Assembly: GCA_043813365.1 (NCBI GenBank)
Contig: JBDRLB010000029.1
Span: forward strand, 1 to 57,058
Source: Candidatus Micrarchaeota archaeon
GTDB lineage: Archaea; Micrarchaeota; Micrarchaeia; Norongarragalinales; SBBD01
DNA length: 57,058 bases
Direction: 5' to 3'
Part shown: piece after piece, positions 1-9,964 of the stretch
How positions within the stretch are numbered: position 1 is the stretch's first letter
How the letters are laid out: the number at the start of each line of letters is the position of its first letter
Made by a program: the position numbers and the translations under genes
Notes under the pieces: generated by a model
Seen by the model: only the letters and a program-made list of their open reading frames with translations
What the model was told of the DNA's origin: nothing
Databases searched by the model: none

Positions 1-639
1 GATTACGGAAATTCTCCAAAAAAAGCGAAAAAAGTGGTAGCGATTGAAATAGATGCGGATCTCGCGAGCCTTCTTAAGGAACGCTTCAAAACCTCCAAGA
101 ATGTTGAGATCATTTGCGGCGATGCGATGCAATCCTCCTTCAACTACCCGGTTGTCATCGGGTTCCTTCCCTACCACATCATCTCCCCGATCCTTTTCAA
201 GCTCCTTTCCTCCGCATTCGGGGATTCGATCCTGTGCGTGCAGAAGGAATTTGCGCTCCGGATGGTTGCAGAGCCCGGAACCTCCGACTATTCCAAACTT
301 TCCGTAATGGCGCAAAGCAAAGCAGATATCACTTACCTTGCAACTGTCCCAAAAGAGGCGTTTTCACCGGTTCCCAAAGTGGATTCCGCTCTAGTATATC
401 TAGTGAAAAACGAGAAATTCAAACCGAACGGGCCCCTGATTTCGGCGCTCTTCCAACACAAGAACCAATCCGCAAAAAAGGCAATACTCCATTCCCTCCC
501 CCAACTAAAGCTTTCAAGGGAGCAAGCCCAGCTTCTTTTTTCCAAGGCCGACTTTTCAAAAAGGCCGCGCTTCATGAGCCTGAAGGAGTTAAGTTCCCTC
601 TCTGCCGCATACGATGGCCTTTTTACATCTAAACGGTAA
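1..639 (+). CDS. ksgA: rRNA small-subunit dimethyladenosine transferase (KsgA/RsmA/Dim1 family); 5' end lies outside the window
   Basis: ORF 34..639 stays open to the window edge. VVAIEID strand and FLPYHIISPILFKLL (LPY-type loop) are typical of the family. Possible 1-nt frame problem in the A7 run at 19-25. Confidence 0.8.
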   Translation, partial: DYGNSPKKAKKVVAIEIDADLASLLKERFKTSKNVEIICGDAMQSSFNYPVVIGFLPYHIISPILFKLLSSAFGDSILCVQKEFALRMVAEPGTSDYSKLSVMAQSKADITYLATVPKEAFSPVPKVDSALVYLVKNEKFKPNGPLISALFQHKNQSAKKAILHSLPQLKLSREQAQLLFSKADFSKRPRFMSLKELSSLSAAYDGLFTSKR

Positions 640-647
640 ATCCTGTT

Positions 648-1406
648 ATGGATGAAACCAATTCATGGGAAAAGCAAGAGATTGCAGCGCCAATTGAAAC
701 GCAAGGGCTGGAGTCAAACAATACCTGCCCCAAAAAACATCCCGTTCCGAATCTCGAACTCCTTCTCGACGACCGCGAGCTCAAATCGCCGCTCGCAAAA
801 CTGCTGTTCTCGAAAGGAGTGAAGCTCCACCCAAAAAGGCTCGAGGTTGCGGATTTCATCATCAGCGAGCAGATCGCGATCGAGAGGAAAACTGCGGAAG
901 ATTTCGAGAGCTCCATAATGGATGGCCGGCTTTTCTCGCAATGCAAGGACCTTTCCGCGAATTTCCAAAGCCCGCTGATCTGCATAGTTGGGCGCGAATT
1001 CACGCATCTCCATAGCCGTGCAATTATTGGTGCGCAGATTTCCATTGCTACGGATTACCGCATCCCGCTCTTCCATTTCGATTCAGAGGAGGGGCTCGCG
1101 GAATTCATCCACATCCTCCTCGTGCAAAAATCGCAGCTCCCCAAGGACATGAAGCTCCGATTCGAGAAAAAATCCCTCCCAAAGGACGACCAGCTGCAGA
1201 TGGTGCTTGAAGGCGTGCAAATGATCGGGCCCGTTCACGCGAAAAGCATCCTCCGGCAGTTCAAAACACTTAAGAAAGTCTTCAGCGCCTCCGAAAAATC
1301 CCTGCAGAAAGTCGAGGGGGTCGGCGAGGCACGTGCAAAGCAGATCGCAAAAACCGCAAATGCAATTTATGGCGAGGAAGACCGGGAGCAGCAGAAATTC
1401 GATTGA
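648..1406 (+). CDS. ERCC4/XPF-family structure-specific endonuclease, short archaeal form (nuclease + HhH2, no helicase domain)
   Basis: LLDDRE and VADFIISEQIAIERKTAEDF (ERCC4 ERK signature). C-terminal tandem helix-hairpin-helix (IGPVHAKSIL, VEGVGEARAKQIA). Confidence 0.75.
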   Translation: MDETNSWEKQEIAAPIETQGLESNNTCPKKHPVPNLELLLDDRELKSPLAKLLFSKGVKLHPKRLEVADFIISEQIAIERKTAEDFESSIMDGRLFSQCKDLSANFQSPLICIVGREFTHLHSRAIIGAQISIATDYRIPLFHFDSEEGLAEFIHILLVQKSQLPKDMKLRFEKKSLPKDDQLQMVLEGVQMIGPVHAKSILRQFKTLKKVFSASEKSLQKVEGVGEARAKQIAKTANAIYGEEDREQQKFD

Positions 1407-1478
1407 ACGGATTTGATGAGCACACTTAAAAAACCTGTTCGCTTTTTTCATTTGGCATTTCTTCTGTTAGGTGGTTTT

Positions 1479-2732
1479 ATGGAAAAGGAATTCTTTACAA
1501 TGGACGATTTCAATTTCTCCGGAAAAACCGCCATCATTCGCGTGGACATCAACTGCCCTTTCAACGAGCAGACAAAGCAGATCGAGGACTCCGAGCGCAT
1601 TTCAGCTCACGCCCAAACAATCAAAGAGCTCTCTGAAAAAGGCGCCAAAGTCGTAGTCCTTGCCCACCAGGGAAGGAAGGGCGACCCAGACTTCATCCCA
1701 TTGCAGCAGCATGCCTTGCTGCTCTCAAAGCACATGGGCAAAAACGTCAATTATGTCAACGACCTTTTCGGTGAAAATGCGCTCAATGCAATCAAGCAGG
1801 CACAGAACAACGGCATTCTTTTGCTGGAAAATACGCGATTCTTCGATGACGAAACCAAAAAATTAGAAAAGCCGGAGGGCTATTCCAAAACGGACATGAT
1901 CAAAAAGCTCGCTTCTATTTGCGATTATTTCGTGCTGGATGGATTTTCGGTTTCCCACAGGGCGCAGGCATCCGTTGTTGGGCTGGCTTATCTCAAGCCC
2001 GCTTGCGCCGGAAGAGTGATGCAAAAGGAGCTCTCGGGGCTGGCAAATGCGCTTGACCGTGCGGAACACCCTAATATTTATGTACTTGGCGGTGCAAAAC
2101 CGGAGGATGTTTATTTGCTGTTGAAATATGCCTGCTCCTCGCCTGCAATTGACAACGTGCTCACTTCAGGTATTTTGGGCGAGCTGTGCGCAATTGCCTC
2201 GGGCGCGGATTTGGGTTCTCCCAAATCACAATATTTGAAGGAAAAAGGGTTCGACACGATAATCCCGGAACTTGCCTCCCTTCTGGAGCAACACTCCTCG
2301 AAAATCGAAATTCCACTTGATGTTGCAATTGAGGAAAACGGCAAAAGGAAGGAATATGCGATAAACGAGATTGCCGAAAAAGCACCCAATTCGCAATCCT
2401 CCGACATCGGGCAGAGGACAATTTCGCGCTATGCGCAAATCATCAGCTCTGCAAAAACAATATACTTCAAAGGTCCCGTCGGCGTTTATGAGAACCCCCT
2501 TTTCGAAAACGGCACCAAGGCAATTCTTAGGGCAATCGAATCCTCGAATGCATTCAAACTAATGGGCGGCGGCCATTCGGTCTCAGCTGTTGAAAAATTC
2601 AGTATCGACAAAAGCAGGATTTCCCATATTTCCCTTGCTGGCGGGGCTGTTGTCGAGTATTTGCAGGGGAAGAAGAACCCCGGGCTCGAAGCGCTTAAAT
2701 ATTCTTACAATACTTTCAAAGTACAAATCTGA
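1479..2732 (+). CDS. pgk: phosphoglycerate kinase
   Basis: IIRVDINCPFN N-terminal signature, VLAHQGRKG, C-terminal MGGGHS. Start placed at ATG 1479 (MEKEF) rather than TTG 1413. Confidence 0.9.
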   Translation: MEKEFFTMDDFNFSGKTAIIRVDINCPFNEQTKQIEDSERISAHAQTIKELSEKGAKVVVLAHQGRKGDPDFIPLQQHALLLSKHMGKNVNYVNDLFGENALNAIKQAQNNGILLLENTRFFDDETKKLEKPEGYSKTDMIKKLASICDYFVLDGFSVSHRAQASVVGLAYLKPACAGRVMQKELSGLANALDRAEHPNIYVLGGAKPEDVYLLLKYACSSPAIDNVLTSGILGELCAIASGADLGSPKSQYLKEKGFDTIIPELASLLEQHSSKIEIPLDVAIEENGKRKEYAINEIAEKAPNSQSSDIGQRTISRYAQIISSAKTIYFKGPVGVYENPLFENGTKAILRAIESSNAFKLMGGGHSVSAVEKFSIDKSRISHISLAGGAVVEYLQGKKNPGLEALKYSYNTFKVQI

Positions 2733-2755
2733 ACCAAAAATTCAAAGGTGTTGCG

Positions 2756-3616
2756 ATGACAAGTCCAGTTATTATTGTGCATGGCGGCGCGTGGGTGATT
2801 GACCCTTCTGAAATTGATGCGCACAAGAAGGAAATGGAAAATGCGTTGAAAACCGGGATGCGGATGCTCGAAACCGGCTGCCCGTCCATTGATGCAGTTG
2901 AGGCGGCAATCTGCCTGATGGAAGATTCCGGCGTTTTTGATGCGGGGAGGGGGTCCGTCCTCAATGAAAAGGGGGAAGTGGAGATGGATGCAATGATCAT
3001 GGACGGCAAACTGAACGCAGGCGCGGTTGCTGCTTTGAAAAATTACCCGAACCCCATCTCGGTTGCAAGGGCCGTAATGGAAAAAACCAAACACCTGCTT
3101 CTTGTGGGTGATGGTGCTTCTGTTTTCGCAGACAACAACGGCTTCAAAAAATTGCCCATGGAGGCATTCATCTCAAAGAAGGAAAAAACGCTCTTCTCCT
3201 CAAAAAAGGACCCCGGTTTCGGCACAGTGGGTTGCGTTGCACTTGACAAGCAGGGCGGCATTACAAGCGGCACCTCAACAGGCGGAACAAGGAACAAGAT
3301 GCTGGGCAGGGTTGGCGATTCTCCCTTAATAGGATGCGGCGGCTACTGCGACAATGGCGTTGGCGGCGCGTCCTCTACCGGGCATGGGGAATCCTTCATG
3401 AAAGTAATTGCATGCAAAACAGCATGCGATTTCCTGAAAACGGAAAAAACAGCGCAGGCTGCAGCCGAAAAAACAATGCAGCTCATCCAAGACCGCGTTC
3501 AGGGCAAAGGGGGCCTCATTTTGCTTCGTAAGGACGGCGACTTCGGATTCTCCTACAACACCCCGCAGATGGCCCGCGGTTACGCAAAATCCGGGAAAAC
3601 CGGGGTTTTCGTCTGA
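2756..3616 (+). CDS. isoaspartyl peptidase / plant-type L-asparaginase (Ntn hydrolase)
   Basis: HGGAW start, GTVGCVALD (Thr nucleophile context), GRVGDSPLIGCGGY. AAAGGTG Shine-Dalgarno 6 nt upstream. Confidence 0.8.
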   Translation: MTSPVIIVHGGAWVIDPSEIDAHKKEMENALKTGMRMLETGCPSIDAVEAAICLMEDSGVFDAGRGSVLNEKGEVEMDAMIMDGKLNAGAVAALKNYPNPISVARAVMEKTKHLLLVGDGASVFADNNGFKKLPMEAFISKKEKTLFSSKKDPGFGTVGCVALDKQGGITSGTSTGGTRNKMLGRVGDSPLIGCGGYCDNGVGGASSTGHGESFMKVIACKTACDFLKTEKTAQAAAEKTMQLIQDRVQGKGGLILLRKDGDFGFSYNTPQMARGYAKSGKTGVFV

Positions 3617-3732
3617 GTTCCAATCCGCGAAATTTTCAATCAACAATCCATCATCCCCTAACATGCAGCCGGCCTTGCATTGAGCTTCACATATCCTTAT
3701 AAAATTCAATTCCCTTTCCGCTACTGGTAACG

Positions 3733-5091
3733 ATGTACTCCCGCGAAATCGAAAAACTGCTTAACGCCGCAAGCATTCTGGACGGCGATATTGTTGAACT
3801 AGTATTAGAAGGAAAAAGCTACTCCGGCATCCTGCTTCCCCGAACCTCTGAAGTGCCGGAAGAAGTGCTGACGCTTAAACTAGCCAACGGATACAATGTC
3901 GGGTTCAGGTTCAAGCCCGGGATGGCGATAAAAAAAACAGGAGGGGCGCAAAAGCTCGCGGAAATACCTAAACTTGCAATAAAAAAATCCAACCTCCCTT
4001 CAATCGGGATAGTTGCATCCGGAGGGACCATCGGCACACATGTGGATTACCGCACCGGCGGCGTATTCATGTCCCGCTCCCCGGAGGAAGTGCTCTCCGC
4101 TGCCCCGGAATTGCAGGATTTCGTCAACCTCAAATCACTCGCCTCGCCCTTCAGGACTCCCAGTGAGGACATGAGCATCGAGAACTGGCGCATCCTTGCA
4201 ACTGAAGCCGCTAAGCAGCTCAACGACCCGGAAATCAAGGGAGTTGTAATAACACATGGAACCGACACGCTCCATTATACTTCAGCCGCACTCTCATTCA
4301 TGCTCCAAAACCTTACCAAACCAGTTGCATTGGTGGGCGCGCAGCGCTCTCCTGACAGGGGTAGCTTTGACGGCGCGCTCAACCTTGTTTGCGGCGCACG
4401 CTTTGCCGCGTATTCCGATATTGGGGAAGTTGCCGTTGTGATGCACGGAAGCGCTTCGGATGATTTCTGCTTTGCGCATAGGGGAACGAAAGTAAGGAAG
4501 ATGCACACTTCCCGAAGGGATGCTTTCCGTTCCATAAACGACAAACCCCTAGCTAAAATTTTTCCAGATGGAAAGATGGAAATCATCAATCCGAACCATT
4601 CGAAAAGGAAGGAAGGCGCAGCCATCGCGGACACCGCTATTGAAAAAAAGACCGCAATTTTGAAAATCTACCCCGATTCCAACCCGGAGCTCCTGGACTT
4701 CCTAGTTGAAAAAGGGTGCCGCGGAGTAATTCTGGAGGCAACCGGCCTGGGCCATCTTCCTACTGGGCAGGGCGGAACGGACCCCGGCGTTTTCGACAAG
4801 AAATTCAGCTGGCTTCCTTCGGTGAAGAATGCAACTGAAAAGGGCGTTTTCATCGGAATCGCTTCCCAATGCCTCAACGGCCGCGTTTCCCCCTCGGTTT
4901 ACCGCAACCTCCGGCTAGTTCACGATGCGGGAGGTGTGCATCTGGAGGATATGCTTCCGGAAGTCGCATATGTGAAGTTGGGCTGGGTGCTTGCGCATTC
5001 CAAAACTCTGGAGGAAACGGAAAAAATGATGCTTACGAACCTCCGAGGGGAAATAAACCGGCGCCTGAGCGAGGAAGATTTTTCAATCTGA
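3733..5091 (+). CDS. gatD: Glu-tRNA(Gln) amidotransferase subunit D
   Basis: GatD N-terminal domain followed by an asparaginase fold (SGGTIG, THGTDTL). Directly upstream of gatE. Confidence 0.9.
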   Translation: MYSREIEKLLNAASILDGDIVELVLEGKSYSGILLPRTSEVPEEVLTLKLANGYNVGFRFKPGMAIKKTGGAQKLAEIPKLAIKKSNLPSIGIVASGGTIGTHVDYRTGGVFMSRSPEEVLSAAPELQDFVNLKSLASPFRTPSEDMSIENWRILATEAAKQLNDPEIKGVVITHGTDTLHYTSAALSFMLQNLTKPVALVGAQRSPDRGSFDGALNLVCGARFAAYSDIGEVAVVMHGSASDDFCFAHRGTKVRKMHTSRRDAFRSINDKPLAKIFPDGKMEIINPNHSKRKEGAAIADTAIEKKTAILKIYPDSNPELLDFLVEKGCRGVILEATGLGHLPTGQGGTDPGVFDKKFSWLPSVKNATEKGVFIGIASQCLNGRVSPSVYRNLRLVHDAGGVHLEDMLPEVAYVKLGWVLAHSKTLEETEKMMLTNLRGEINRRLSEEDFSI

Positions 5092-5136
5092 GGGCAATTT
5101 TGGACATAAAAATATTCTTTTCAAACACTGATCATC

Positions 5137-6999
5137 ATGGACCTTTCCGATTTGGGATTCAAGTGCGGCATAGAGATCCACCAGCGGCTCAGCACGGGGA
5201 AGCTGTTCTGCAAGTGCTACTGCGATCCGAACAAGGAAGAGCCGAATGAAACGATGCGGATTGCCCGGAAACTGAAGGCAACCGTTGGGGAGATGGGAAA
5301 ATTCGACCCTGCAGCTGCTTTCGAAGCCGCAAAAGGGAAGAACTTCGTTTACATCATAGACGAAAAAACCTCCTGCGCAGTCGAAGCGGACGAGGAGCCA
5401 CCCCACAGGATGAACGCGGAAGCCCTTGCAGTTGCCCTGACGGTCTCCAAACTACTTAACTCGAAAATTGTCGACGACATCTTCGTGATGCGCAAAACCG
5501 TCATCGATGGCTCGGCCGTTTCTGGTTTCCAGCGCACTGCACTTATTGCGCTTGATGGCAAAATCCAAACCTCTAAGGGAGAAATCCCTATCCCGATGCT
5601 TGCTTTGGAGGAGGAATCTTCAGGCATAGTCGAAAAAACCGGCATCGAAGGCGAAATAACCTATCGCCTCGATAGGCAAGGAATCCCACTAATTGAAATC
5701 GCCACTTCCCCCGATTTGAAGGACGGCCAGCATGCCATGGAAACAGCTGAAAAAATCGGCCAGCTTTTACGGTCAACAGGGAAAGTGCAGCGCGGCTTGG
5801 GATCGATCCGGCAGGATCTCAATATATCCATCACTCAAGGCGCAAGGGTTGAAATAAAAGGGGTGCAGGAGCTCAAGCTTATCCCAAAACTCATTGGAAA
5901 CGAGATTGCAAGGCAAATTAACCTCCTTAAAATACGCGAGCAGCTAAAAGAGCGCCACGTTTTGCTGGGCGAGGAGCATTTTCATGCAAAGGGCGTATCC
6001 CATATTTTCAAAAACACGGGCTGCAAGCTGATTAAGGACGCTTTAATGCGGAAGGAAAAAATATTTTCACTAAGGCTGCCTTCCTTTTCCAACTTATTCA
6101 AGCAGGAAATCATGCCCTCCTACCGTTTCGGGACGGAAATTGCCGCATACGTGAAACAGAAGAGCAGCGCAAAGGGGGTAATCCATTCCGACGAACCTTT
6201 GGAAGACAAATACGGCATCTCAGTATCGGAAATCAACGCCCTTGAAAAGGAGATCAACCTCAATGCCTCAAACAACGACCTTTTTGTTTTGTGTGTCGGT
6301 TCCGACGATACGTGCAAAAAAGCCCTCGCCGCGGTTTTTGAAAGGTGCAAGCAGCTTCAAATAGGGGTTCCCGAGGAAACAAGGCGGGCCGAGGGCGAGA
6401 TTTCCATTTACATGCGACCGCTTCCGGGTTCGCAGAGGATGTACCCCGAAACCGATTTGCCTCCGATACTCGTTACGAAGGAAATGCTCGACCTTGCAGA
6501 AAAATCGAAGCCAGAAAGCATGGATGCTAAAAAAGCCAAATACCTCAAATGGGGCCTGAACGAGCAGATGGCGCAAAAGATGGTGAAATCGCCCGAATGG
6601 GAGAGATTTGAAGAGCTTGCAAAATCGGATCCGAAAAACGCGCCCCTGATCGCAATAACCCTCCTCGAGAGCATCGTTTCAATAAAAAGAGAGGGATTTG
6701 AGATCGACAAGCTCCAAAATTCCGACCTATCCGATATTTTCAAGCTCTATTCCCTCAATCTGCTTACAAAAGCGGCAATTCCAGAGCTTTTGAAACTCAA
6801 AATAAGCAATTACGGCACCAAACCGGAAGAGCTTCTTTCCAAACATTCCCTGAAACGCCTTTCCGAACCCGAACTCCGTAAAATCGCGTCCGGAATTGAA
6901 GGCACGCCTGAAAAGAAATTCGCAGAAATCATGAAGGCACACCGCCTCACTGTTGATGTGCAGCAGCTCAAGGGGTTTTTGGAGGGAAAGCAGCCTTAA
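5137..6999 (+). CDS. gatE: Glu-tRNA(Gln) amidotransferase subunit E
   Basis: GFKCGIEIHQRL start, GatB/E core, archaeal insertion and C-terminal helical tail. TATA-like ATAAAAATAT at 5106-5115, about 27 nt before the ATG. Confidence 0.9.
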   Translation: MDLSDLGFKCGIEIHQRLSTGKLFCKCYCDPNKEEPNETMRIARKLKATVGEMGKFDPAAAFEAAKGKNFVYIIDEKTSCAVEADEEPPHRMNAEALAVALTVSKLLNSKIVDDIFVMRKTVIDGSAVSGFQRTALIALDGKIQTSKGEIPIPMLALEEESSGIVEKTGIEGEITYRLDRQGIPLIEIATSPDLKDGQHAMETAEKIGQLLRSTGKVQRGLGSIRQDLNISITQGARVEIKGVQELKLIPKLIGNEIARQINLLKIREQLKERHVLLGEEHFHAKGVSHIFKNTGCKLIKDALMRKEKIFSLRLPSFSNLFKQEIMPSYRFGTEIAAYVKQKSSAKGVIHSDEPLEDKYGISVSEINALEKEINLNASNNDLFVLCVGSDDTCKKALAAVFERCKQLQIGVPEETRRAEGEISIYMRPLPGSQRMYPETDLPPILVTKEMLDLAEKSKPESMDAKKAKYLKWGLNEQMAQKMVKSPEWERFEELAKSDPKNAPLIAITLLESIVSIKREGFEIDKLQNSDLSDIFKLYSLNLLTKAAIPELLKLKISNYGTKPEELLSKHSLKRLSEPELRKIASGIEGTPEKKFAEIMKAHRLTVDVQQLKGFLEGKQP

Positions 7000-7707
7000 T
7001 CAGTTTGATCGCTTCCCTTTAGTTTTCTCGAACATCCCTTCCCACAATTTCATCCGCTTCTCGCTTGGCTTTACAACAGTGATCCCTTCCGGGCTTTCCC
7101 AGACCGGCGTCTTCAGCTGCTTTCCCAACGTCATTATTTTCCGCACAACGGATTCCCTGCCCCTGATTGCCTCTTTCCTGATGAACAAATCCAACCCCAG
7201 ATACTGTGCTTTCGCAACCAGCATCCCTAATCCGAAGATAAGGTGGCCTTCGGCATCTTTTTTCAATTCCGGCACGTTTTCCGGAATATGCACATAATGG
7301 TTCTGGATCATATCCACTTCAATTACTTGCCTGCGGTCTTTTGGGTGATAGCCAAAATCGTATTTTATGGAACTAAGGCCGCCGTGCCCCGGAGAAAAAT
7401 CAGCTGGCCCGGCTGCCTTCGTCTGCCCATGCCCAAGAAGAAGCATGGTGCTTCTGTGATCCTTATTAGCGGGGTAAACTGTAAGCAACGGCCCGCCGAA
7501 AGAGGACCATCTTAAGGGGTCCGCCTCCGGGCTTGGGAATGCAGCAATGAATTTATTCCCCCTAACAACTGAAAAATGCAATTCCTTGCCGTACCGGTAT
7601 TGCTCATAACTCAACCCGGCCTGGCCTTTCCGCCAATCATCGGCCATCTCTATTACTTTCGAAGTGCTTTCCCCAATCAGCCTCCGCATTCTTTGCTGTT
7701 CCGCCAT
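7000..7707 (-). CDS. hypothetical protein (no recognised motif)
   Basis: Long ORF 7000..7764. Start moved to ATG 7707 (MAEQQRM) because TATTTAATAAA lies about 30 nt upstream. Its stop abuts the gatE stop with no spacer. Confidence 0.5.
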   Translation of the reverse strand: MAEQQRMRRLIGESTSKVIEMADDWRKGQAGLSYEQYRYGKELHFSVVRGNKFIAAFPSPEADPLRWSSFGGPLLTVYPANKDHRSTMLLLGHGQTKAAGPADFSPGHGGLSSIKYDFGYHPKDRRQVIEVDMIQNHYVHIPENVPELKKDAEGHLIFGLGMLVAKAQYLGLDLFIRKEAIRGRESVVRKIMTLGKQLKTPVWESPEGITVVKPSEKRMKLWEGMFEKTKGKRSN

Positions 7708-7767
7708 GTTCAGCTTTGTTTTTTGCAATTTATTAAATACTTGCGCTTCACACTCTCCAAGCACTAC

Positions 7768-7776
7768 TTTTAAATT
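7768..7776 (+). promoter_or_regulatory. TATA-box-like element for the small membrane protein operon (leaderless first gene)
   Basis: TTTTAAATT centred about 29 nt upstream of ATG 7801. Confidence 0.45.
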
Positions 7777-7800
7777 CCCCCTGAGGCAATTCTATACCGT

Positions 7801-8046
7801 ATGATACTGCCCCTGCTCTCCCTGATGGACGGCATGAACATCGTCGTAGTCATACTCTGCTTCTTCTCCATATTCAAGATGATGACCCTCAACTACATCG
7901 AGAACAAGCTGGTTGCGCTGGTAGTCACCATCGCAATAACCTACCTGGTGCTCCTTCCGGTCACGTGGTTCACTTATGTTGTTTTTGCAGTTGTTTTCAT
8001 GCTCGAATTCCCAACTGTGGTGATGGACGGGCTTTTCAAGCATTAG
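7801..8046 (+). CDS. small membrane protein (81 aa, 2-3 predicted TM helices)
   Basis: Hydrophobic ORF, first gene of a tightly spaced 4-gene cluster. Confidence 0.5.
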   Translation: MILPLLSLMDGMNIVVVILCFFSIFKMMTLNYIENKLVALVVTIAITYLVLLPVTWFTYVVFAVVFMLEFPTVVMDGLFKH

Positions 8047-8059
8047 TCAAGGAGTATAA

Positions 8060-8344
8060 ATGGATTTCACGTTCCTGATAGTAACCGTGCTGATGCTGCT
8101 CGCAGCGCAAAGCGGCAATATCCCCATAGTCATTGCGCTGTTCGCGCTGCTGCTTGTGACAGCCAAAAGCAAGTACTTAATATTGGCGGCAATAATCGGG
8201 CTGGTGCTTTCAATAGTGGCATCGCTGCAGATCGAAAACAAAGAGATTTATATGCTTGGAGGGCTATTCCTAATACTGATCATCATTGCAAAGGCAGATT
8301 CCTCCACCCCGCAGCAACCGTATGCGGGCGGCGGATATTATTGA
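8060..8344 (+). CDS. small membrane protein (94 aa, about 3 TM, Q/P/G/Y tail)
   Basis: AAGGAG Shine-Dalgarno 6 nt upstream. Hydrophobic segments. Tail SSTPQQPYAGGGYY. Confidence 0.55.
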   Translation: MDFTFLIVTVLMLLAAQSGNIPIVIALFALLLVTAKSKYLILAAIIGLVLSIVASLQIENKEIYMLGGLFLILIIIAKADSSTPQQPYAGGGYY

Positions 8345-8348
8345 GTGA

Positions 8349-8723
8349 TTGAAAATGAACCCATTGACCCTGATCTTAATGGCATTTTTCGCATACTTCT
8401 TCTATTCCATCGGTTCAACCTTCCTTGCATTTTTGGTGCTGGTCGTTGCAATAGTTTTCGCGCTCTCATCAAGCCAGCAGCCGGCAGCATCCGGTCATGG
8501 AGGCGCCGCAGGAACGCTTCCTGGAGGGGTGCAGCCAATAGTGATACAATCCGGCCAGCCAGCAGCCGCATTCCCGCGCAAATTCGAATTCCGGCCGAAC
8601 TTCCCCGGCGACCCTGATGGTGATGAATGGATTTCAGGCAAGCTGGGCGCATGGGTTGTATTGTTTGGGAAAATACTCGGCTCATTGTTCGGCGGCGGAA
8701 CAAAGCAGGAAAAATCCCGTTGA
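8349..8723 (+). CDS. small membrane protein (124 aa, 2 N-terminal TM, Q/P/G linker with QPIVIQSG)
   Basis: 4-nt gap to the previous gene. Shares architecture and the QPI-x4-SG motif with the next gene. Confidence 0.55.
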   Translation: MKMNPLTLILMAFFAYFFYSIGSTFLAFLVLVVAIVFALSSSQQPAASGHGGAAGTLPGGVQPIVIQSGQPAAAFPRKFEFRPNFPGDPDGDEWISGKLGAWVVLFGKILGSLFGGGTKQEKSR

Positions 8724-8735
8724 AAAGGCGCTGAA

Positions 8736-9218
8736 ATGGACCTCGTTTATTTGATGCTATTGTTTCTCGCAGGAATGAGCTTTTTGCTGAACATAGAGTG
8801 GCTCATGCTTGCGACCATCTTCCTGTTTTTCGCCATCCTCTTCTCCAAATACTACTCCGGATTTTCAACCGCACCAACAACACCGCCGCAAGTGCAGCAA
8901 GAGATGGCCTCTACAGAACAGGCAAAGCAGCAGCCGCAGCCTATCATTGTCATGAATTCCGGCGGCTCCGGAGGAGGCGCAACCATCACGGACAATATTA
9001 TCGCAACAATGATGGGGAATGTGATGGCAATGGATGTTTATGAAAAACAAGAAGCGGCTCCCTGGTCGAAATTCCTATCCCGCGGGGGCAAGTTCAGGCA
9101 GAATTTCATGGATCACTCCGGCAGCGTTTCGCTGAAAGACCAGGCAATGGGCAACACTTCGAAAAAACTACTTGATACTCTGGATAAGATAAATAAGAAA
9201 CTGGATTCCAAAGACTAA
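8736..9218 (+). CDS. small membrane protein (160 aa, 2 N-terminal TM, Q-rich linker with QPIIVMNSG, polar C-terminal domain)
   Basis: 12-nt gap to the previous gene. Likely paralog of 8349..8723. Confidence 0.55.
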   Translation: MDLVYLMLLFLAGMSFLLNIEWLMLATIFLFFAILFSKYYSGFSTAPTTPPQVQQEMASTEQAKQQPQPIIVMNSGGSGGGATITDNIIATMMGNVMAMDVYEKQEAAPWSKFLSRGGKFRQNFMDHSGSVSLKDQAMGNTSKKLLDTLDKINKKLDSKD

Positions 9219-9246
9219 CCTTATTGATGTCGTTTCCCGGCTGGTT

Positions 9247-9795
9247 TCATCCCTTATCCGATTTTATCCGCAAAAGCATGTCCCTATTAGCCTCCAAAAT
9301 CCTCTTGTCAATGTCATAAACCGCTTTCAGCAGCGAGATCATCTCATCCAGCTTCCTTTCCAGCTCATCCGTGCTTTGCAATGAGGTTTTGGGCATCTGC
9401 CTCATCACTTCGGGCCGTGCTTCCCTTTTCATTCCGCCGACATTCTCCACCGTTTCGCCTTCATCCCCAATGGAGGTAATTTCCAGCTCCGGCACATCCT
9501 CCACCGCTTCCTTCGCTGAAGCCGGTGCTTTCTGGGGTTTTGCCTCCCCGAACAATGGTTTGGTCTCATTTTCCAATATGTCCTTTGCCTCCCTTTCCGG
9601 ATCGTCTTGGCCGAAAATGGAACTCCCCTTCTCATCCCCCAATCCGGGCGAAATTACCCCCTTCCCTTCCTCAGCAAGTGCGTCCTCGTAATATTTCTCC
9701 GCATCCGAAATCCCAAGCTCCTGCAGATTGGCGATGATATCCTGCTTGCTCTGGCCGTTCTTCATCATCTCCCTGACAATTGCTTTTGCGTCCAT
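9247..9795 (-). CDS. hypothetical acidic protein with helical N- and C-terminal segments
   Basis: Clean ATG ORF, E/D-rich centre, predicted coiled-coil-like C terminus. No family recognised. Confidence 0.5.
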   Translation of the reverse strand: MDAKAIVREMMKNGQSKQDIIANLQELGISDAEKYYEDALAEEGKGVISPGLGDEKGSSIFGQDDPEREAKDILENETKPLFGEAKPQKAPASAKEAVEDVPELEITSIGDEGETVENVGGMKREARPEVMRQMPKTSLQSTDELERKLDEMISLLKAVYDIDKRILEANRDMLLRIKSDKG

Positions 9796-9964
9796 GATTG
9801 GATTACCCTTCCTTCATTTAATAGGTTTTTGATGTTTCGCTTCTTTGCACCCGAACATACCCCTGCTTTCCGTTAAATATCAGCAGGTGCAATATGCGCT
9901 GCAGGCAATTAAATCGGGCTTAATCCCCAACGGAAATTTATAAACCCTGCCTAGAGTATGTAGG

